Origin: Roseibacillus sp.
GTDB lineage: Bacteria; Verrucomicrobiota; Verrucomicrobiia; Verrucomicrobiales; Akkermansiaceae
DNA length: 64,000 bases
NCBI GenBank assembly: GCA_965242925.1
Contig: CBDEUM010000013.1
Coordinates: 1 to 64,000, forward strand
Direction of reading: 5' to 3'
Part shown: in pieces, positions 59,036 to 64,000 of the stretch
Layout of the letters: each line of letters starts with the position of its first letter
How positions within the stretch are numbered: position 1 is the stretch's first letter
Position numbers and translations under genes: made by a program
Notes under the pieces: generated by a model
Told to the model about the DNA's origin: nothing
Database searches by the model: none
The model's input: only the letters and a program-made list of their open reading frames with translations

Positions 59036-59893
59036 CTACCGCTCTTTCCGTCCCCGTATGATTTTTCCGTTGTCGTCCACAGTCGCGGAGGACGAACTTG
59101 TTTGAGTGCTCAAATCCATGCTGGACAGGAGAGCGCCATCCCCATTGTTACGTTGAGTCTGATTGAGAGTTGTGGTGCAGACGATGTCCTGCATGTCAAA
59201 CCACCAGTCTCCCGGGTTGCTGGACCCCAGCTCAAAGGTATGAATGATATCGTGGGGTCCCAGGACCACGTGGTTATCTTCATCGAGAAACTGGGTCATG
59301 AAGCTCTCAATCCTGCCCTGTTCGTAGGCCGGGGCGTAGTCCGGCACGCTATCCCCGTCGATCATTCCGATAACAGACAAGTCCGAGCCTGCCGTCGAGT
59401 GGGTGTCGAACCAACTTCCGCTCCCGGATTGACCCCGGGCAGAGAAATCGATTTGTGTACCGGGCTGGACGTTCTTCTTCTCATAGACAATCACATCAGG
59501 ATTCACATCATTCTCCCGGCCGTAAAAAGCCAGTTCCCAGGGAGCGGAGGCTCCCACCCGAACCCATAGAGCGGCAGGAAGCAACGTGTGACCGGACTGG
59601 AGAGCGACCCCCATCACCCGGATCTTCAGGTCAATTTCCTGCGTCGGAGTAATCGTTCCATTCGGATCAACCTCGCTCAGATCCACAACAGCCACTGGAT
59701 AATCGATATTCCACACCATCCTGGGCCGGACCCCCGGTTGAACCACGGTGGGGGTCACCGAAATAGCACCAACCGGGATGTAGGGATCCTTATGGCCGGA
59801 ACCACGCGGGATGGATTCGCTGGTTTGGCCGGGAAGAGAGCTTCCCAAGGCCAACAGCCCGAGAAGGGCCAGTTGAGAGGCGTTTATTTTCAT
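59036..59893 (-). CDS. Hypothetical secreted protein
   Basis: MKINASQLALLGLLALGSSLPG signal peptide; acidic beta-rich body ending FELG...FDMQDIV. Confidence 0.8.
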   Translation of the reverse strand: MKINASQLALLGLLALGSSLPGQTSESIPRGSGHKDPYIPVGAISVTPTVVQPGVRPRMVWNIDYPVAVVDLSEVDPNGTITPTQEIDLKIRVMGVALQSGHTLLPAALWVRVGASAPWELAFYGRENDVNPDVIVYEKKNVQPGTQIDFSARGQSGSGSWFDTHSTAGSDLSVIGMIDGDSVPDYAPAYEQGRIESFMTQFLDEDNHVVLGPHDIIHTFELGSSNPGDWWFDMQDIVCTTTLNQTQRNNGDGALLSSMDLSTQTSSSSATVDDNGKIIRGRKER

Positions 59894-60312
59894 GAGATCA
59901 GAGAGGGGAGGAGTTGTGCAATTCTTTCGAATTTCCAATAAAATTACAGAGCCTGACCTCTTGATCAATAGAAATATTAAAATATCTTGATATTATTGTA
60001 TTTTTGTTGAGAGGCGACGGGGCTCCATCCCTAGAAAGGTGGCAAAACCCCACCTTGGGCTCGGCTTAGCAAAATCCGGGGAAATCCGCATTACAGCCTT
60101 CAATCTCTCCAAATCCCCCTATTTCCGGGCAAAAGAGCTGGCAGATTAAATGGCCCGGGACAGCCATGATAAATAGAGTTCGCCTAGAAAAAAGCCGGCC
60201 AGGTAACCCGTCGAGGGCCGGAGTGCGGATGAGTCGGAGGGACGACCGCCGTGACAGCCAGCTGTTCATTCTTACGCCGTAACCAGTTTTTTCTGCTAAG
60301 CACTCCATATGA

Positions 60313-60350
60313 TTGACTTTATTAAAAAACTTTCTAATACTAATTATTAG
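60313..60350 (+). promoter_or_regulatory. Putative promoter with overlapping AT-rich palindrome
   Basis: TTGACT (60313) about 17 bp before AATACT; CTAATA-N5-TATTAG inverted repeat at 60334-60350, in an AT-rich divergent intergenic region. Confidence 0.35.
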
Positions 60351-60364
60351 TTTTCCCTTACAAG

Positions 60365-61228
60365 ATGCGCCTCGCTGGAATCCATTGTGATGTGATTTCC
60401 GGCTCCCGCTGTGGAGCCGTGATTCTCGGAGCGGTCCTGGCCGTAACGGACCTGTCGGTCGCGGCCGCCGTGCTCACCACCACCGAGCGCACCGCGCTTG
60501 CACACGAGAAGTTTCTTGAGCACCGCCGCGCCAGTATCACCAACCGGGTGAATCCCTATCTCGGACCGGGAGTAGCACAAGTTGTCGAAGAGCTCCCCCG
60601 GCCCTGGAAGGTCAGACGCAATCCCTGGCACCACCAGATTGGGGCCACCGTCTTCTGGGTAGGGGAGCACCCCTCCGCCCGGAACCCTGTTTCAAACATC
60701 TCAAGTTCCTGGGACGCCAATTGGGAAAACCGCTTTGGCGGCTACGACCATCCCTTCAAACGACAAGGCTACTTTCCCCTCGGCTTCGAGCCGAAGCTGA
60801 ACCCCTTCTACGTCGCGCTTCCCTACAACGACCTCCTGCACGGCAGAGAGCATCGCCCCGAAGCCTCCGAGGTCATCCCCTGGTTCTGGCGGGCTTACCG
60901 CGGACCGGGGGTCTCCGTCTGCCACAATAGATGGGTAGCCATCCACCACCAGGGACGTATCGTCTACGCCCAATGGAAAGATGTCGGGCCCTTCACAACC
61001 GACGATTGGCCCTATGTGTTTCAGGGCAGGCGCCCCCGTTCAAACGCCAACCAGAATGCCGGAATCGATATCAGTCCCGCCGTCCGTGACTTCCTCGGAA
61101 TGCGTGGAAACGCGGACGTCGACTGGCGGTTTGTTGAAGAATCCGAAGTCCCCGGGGGCCCCTGGTCAAAGTGGCTTCCACCACAACTGGGACTCCCCGC
61201 CGGATCCTCGGACCAACCGCTTCCGTAA
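60365..61228 (+). CDS. Exported protein with a probable double-psi beta-barrel (RlpA/GH75-like) glycan-active domain
   Basis: NPFYVALPYND, RWVAI...YAQWKDVGP, AGIDISPAV...LG; the DxGP / IDxS pattern is typical of DPBB folds. Confidence 0.6.
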   Translation: MRLAGIHCDVISGSRCGAVILGAVLAVTDLSVAAAVLTTTERTALAHEKFLEHRRASITNRVNPYLGPGVAQVVEELPRPWKVRRNPWHHQIGATVFWVGEHPSARNPVSNISSSWDANWENRFGGYDHPFKRQGYFPLGFEPKLNPFYVALPYNDLLHGREHRPEASEVIPWFWRAYRGPGVSVCHNRWVAIHHQGRIVYAQWKDVGPFTTDDWPYVFQGRRPRSNANQNAGIDISPAVRDFLGMRGNADVDWRFVEESEVPGGPWSKWLPPQLGLPAGSSDQPLP

Positions 61229-61301
61229 CTACCATCAGCCTCTCTCCATGAGCTCACCCACAACAACTCAGACCCTTTCCAGACGGGTCGACCACTGAAC
61301 G

Positions 61302-61922
61302 CTACGGCTTGCCCGAAGGGACGTCCACCCCATCTCTCCGGATAATCACTCGAGGACCCTCTTGCTGCAAGACCCCACCATTATGATAGACCACCGAGAA
61401 TCTGGCCGATTTGTCACCACGCTTGGCGTCGGTCACCTCGGTCATGACCAGCATGAGGTTGCTGCCCGGTGCAGGTTCGATCTGGTAGGCTGTCGACCGG
61501 CTAATCACTCCATCCAGGAGTTCCTCACGCGTCTTCGCTCCCATCTGAAGCGGGCCGTGCCGGTGCGAGAGAATCTTCCTCAACTCCGCGAACTGGGCGC
61601 GGACGAACGCGCTGTTTCTTCCGGGATAAGTGTAGTGAAGAGCAACCTCGAAGAGTTTCCCGTCCATAAACCGTGCCTCCAGCGTGGTGGCATCATGACC
61701 GGGAAGAGTCCCTCTGGCCGGGGATACCAGCAACACCTTCAACCGGGGCTGATCAGCCGGAGCCTTCACGGTCTGGTCCAGTTTCGTCCTCATGGCCCAG
61801 TCAACCAGACGAGTGGGCGAATCCCCCCAACTCAACCCAAAGGGCGGCTGCAAAGGCTCTGCCGCCCACAGAACTGACACGCCGTGAAACACCAGAAATC
61901 CGCAGATCAGGAAAGCTCTCAC
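61302..61922 (-). CDS. Hypothetical secreted protein
   Basis: GTG start, signal peptide MRAFLICGFLVFHGVSVLWA, then PPFGLSWG. Confidence 0.7.
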   Translation of the reverse strand: MRAFLICGFLVFHGVSVLWAAEPLQPPFGLSWGDSPTRLVDWAMRTKLDQTVKAPADQPRLKVLLVSPARGTLPGHDATTLEARFMDGKLFEVALHYTYPGRNSAFVRAQFAELRKILSHRHGPLQMGAKTREELLDGVISRSTAYQIEPAPGSNLMLVMTEVTDAKRGDKSARFSVVYHNGGVLQQEGPRVIIRRDGVDVPSGKP

Positions 61923-62447
61923 CCTTGCGTTGATTCTATCTCAAATCGCAGTCAATTCAAGACCCGTTCCGAACGACACGGCCTCCACCAGACACAACGA
62001 GGCAGTGTTCTCATCGAGGCAATCGTAGCCCTCACCCTTCTCTCGGTGGTCAGTCTGGTAGTCCTAAAAGGGACAATGGACATCCTCACGCCTCGTCAAT
62101 GGACCATGGTTCAAAATGTATCCGACGCCTACCTCACCTACGAAAAGGCCTTTGCACAGCGCATCCCCTTTGATGCCCTTACCGACGCGTCGTCTCCGTG
62201 GCCCGTCTATCCTGCCAGATCACATGCCCCGGTAACGATCGGCACCCTTCCCGGGGGAAGGACCCTCAACGGCAATGTGATCCGGACCAGGATCCCGGAC
62301 CAAGACAATTTCCCGGCTCATGGTGGGAACGGAACGATCTCCACAAACCCCGCCGAAATGCAGACCTGGAAACTGCAGAGCCACATCACCTACACCATCA
62401 GTGGCCGCGAATACGTCAAATCTCGAACCATCGTACGGACCCAATGA
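61884..62447 (+). CDS. Type IV pilin-like protein (PilV/GspI-like position); start uncertain
   Basis: Class III signal QRG|SVLIEAIVALTLL with Glu at +5; stop overlaps the next start (ATGA). Confidence 0.75.
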   Translation: MKHQKSADQESSHPCVDSISNRSQFKTRSERHGLHQTQRGSVLIEAIVALTLLSVVSLVVLKGTMDILTPRQWTMVQNVSDAYLTYEKAFAQRIPFDALTDASSPWPVYPARSHAPVTIGTLPGGRTLNGNVIRTRIPDQDNFPAHGGNGTISTNPAEMQTWKLQSHITYTISGREYVKSRTIVRTQ

Positions 62448-63001
62448 TCACTTCCACAGAAAACAGCAGGCAATCCCCGACACGCCGTCGTGGATTTACC
62501 CTCCCGGAGCTTGCCACCGCAATAGGCCTCGCCCTCGCAATCGCGGCCATAATGATGACCCTGCTCCAACAGCAGGTCACCTTCCACCGGATCCTCAAAA
62601 CCCAGGGATTCCTGGTGGATGAAGCTCCCCAGATCAACAACACAGTCACTCAGATTCTCTCCCGCGCGGATGCCTATCGCATTCATTCGAATCTCAGTGA
62701 TGCAGTCGCCGGAACCAACGCCGTAACAGCCGACGGGAAAGTGCTCGTCCTCGGTTTCCTCAATCCGGATGGATCGGAGGACTTTGGGATCATCTCCTTT
62801 GAATCCGACAACGGAGAGGACGCACTCGCCTACTATACCATGGATCCGGCCACTCCATTCACCAAGACCGGAAACCCTGATTGGCTCATTTCCCGTCAGG
62901 TGGATAACGCGGAATTTTTCATCCAAAACGGCGTCTTCCGCATGCAACTCACCGGCCCCGCCGGCGAGATGATCACCTACTCCGGAACACCAAGGCTCTA
63001 A
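62444..63001 (+). CDS. Type IV pilin-like protein (PilW/GspJ-like position)
   Basis: RRRG|FTLPELATAIGLALAIAAIMM N-methylation motif. Confidence 0.85.
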   Translation: MITSTENSRQSPTRRRGFTLPELATAIGLALAIAAIMMTLLQQQVTFHRILKTQGFLVDEAPQINNTVTQILSRADAYRIHSNLSDAVAGTNAVTADGKVLVLGFLNPDGSEDFGIISFESDNGEDALAYYTMDPATPFTKTGNPDWLISRQVDNAEFFIQNGVFRMQLTGPAGEMITYSGTPRL

Positions 63002-63024
63002 CCTTCGCTCAACACCCCCATCTC

Positions 63025-64000
63025 ATGAAAAAGAACCTCAGATCCGGCTATGTCTCAATTTTGGCCGTCGTCACCCTTTCCTCGATCATGCTGTTGATGC
63101 TCACCGCATCATTCCGTTACACCCTCCAGAATCAGGAGACCCAGAAGAAGACCCAGATCCGGATCGACTACACAAACCGCGAACAAGCACTGCTTCGCGC
63201 AGTTCTTACCGAGACTCCCAACAGCGCCATCAAGAACATGATGGCCAATTCGCGCTCCACAAGTGAGGAGTTACAGTCCCGCTGGCACTGGATCTTCAAA
63301 CGCGCCCGTGACAAGTCGAACGGTGAAACTGCACTCGAAAATAATATTGCGGAAGTCCTCGGAATCAACAGCCAATCCATTTCCGGCAACACGGGTGACG
63401 GCCCTCAGGACGACATCAGCGACTGCATAAACAGTATCGCGAACCAGCAAGCCATGCACCGGTTTTACATAAATGCCGGCACGAACAACACCGGCAACCT
63501 CCTTGGATCCGAGTATCCGGAAACCCTGGAACTCGTTAACGGCAGCCTGGAGATGCTGGACCGGGACCGTCCTGTCATCACGATGGACAAGACGTATGCC
63601 GGCGGCAAGCAGTTCAAGGTGATCCCCTACCCCGACGTGCACTTCGGCTATGTCTCTCAAAATGAGAATTTCGTGGCCAAACGAAACTGGTGGGCATTCT
63701 CCCTGACCTATGGAGCTGCTTCCAAATCCTCGACCGGCGTGGCCACCACGAAGAAAAACTTCGTTCTCTCAATCTACGAGGTGCCCTCGCAACTTGCACT
63801 TGGCAGCACCACCACCACCGCGCTCGGCAAACATGCGGACGGCACCGAATGGGGCAATGTAAGCATCACAGGTAGCGTCTTCGCAACCCGGGCCTCCACT
63901 GAAGGCAATCTCAGACTTGACCGCCTTGCCGCCCGCCGGGGCATCTCCCTTACCGACAATTCCTCGGTCGGGGGCGTCGCGCTCGACAACTTCACAGGCG
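63025..64000 (+). CDS. Large PilX/GspK-like pilin-family protein, truncated by the window end (absent from ORF track)
   Basis: ATG at 63025: MKKNLRSG|YVSILAVVTLSSIMLLML, with a hydrophobic residue in place of Glu at +5. Frame appears open to position 64000. Confidence 0.75.
   Translation, partial: MKKNLRSGYVSILAVVTLSSIMLLMLTASFRYTLQNQETQKKTQIRIDYTNREQALLRAVLTETPNSAIKNMMANSRSTSEELQSRWHWIFKRARDKSNGETALENNIAEVLGINSQSISGNTGDGPQDDISDCINSIANQQAMHRFYINAGTNNTGNLLGSEYPETLELVNGSLEMLDRDRPVITMDKTYAGGKQFKVIPYPDVHFGYVSQNENFVAKRNWWAFSLTYGAASKSSTGVATTKKNFVLSIYEVPSQLALGSTTTTALGKHADGTEWGNVSITGSVFATRASTEGNLRLDRLAARRGISLTDNSSVGGVALDNFTG

Noticed and set aside
60040..60270. Fragments resembling a c-di-GMP-I riboswitch (GCAAA...GAAA hairpin; TGACAGCCAG)
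   Set aside because: The elements are too far apart and the second GCAAA/P3 junction is missing.
61468..61485. GCAGGTTCGA as the missing 3' half of the tRNA-Arg
   Set aside because: Inside a CDS, with no complementary T-stem or TGGGAGG acceptor strand.

Overview
GC-rich, gene-dense bacterial chromosome segment. Gene content (five Cys-type sulfatases, DUF1080, PVC-type beta-propeller redox proteins, CotH/LamG surface proteins, a pilin-like cassette) points to a probably marine Verrucomicrobiota genome; this taxonomy is inference. The window holds about 45 protein genes: a surface phosphodiesterase, a GcvT-family flavoprotein-ETF-FadF operon, korAB, a sugar-acid/ABC cluster, housekeeping genes (gluQ, cyclophilin, ABC-F, TonB, AKR) and a PilV/PilW/PilX-like cassette running off the right end. 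No CRISPR array, rRNA, transposase or integrase was seen. The main features not evident from the ORF track are: (1) a hidden 70-aa Rdx/SelW-family selenoprotein at 44934-45146 (-) with a CxxU motif, an in-frame UGA and a bacterial SECIS-type hairpin; (2) a circularly permuted sugar-binding lipoprotein at 22324-23367; (3) the 5' half of a tRNA-Arg(UCU) gene with an apparently intact promoter, directly upstream of a sulfatase; (4) a diverged duplicate of an upstream/start-codon module 1500 bp from its partner; (5) several 5' gene stubs; (6) a shared C-terminal motif on large secreted proteins; (7) a 15 x 18-bp coding tandem repeat. All family calls come from motif recognition by eye, not database searches.
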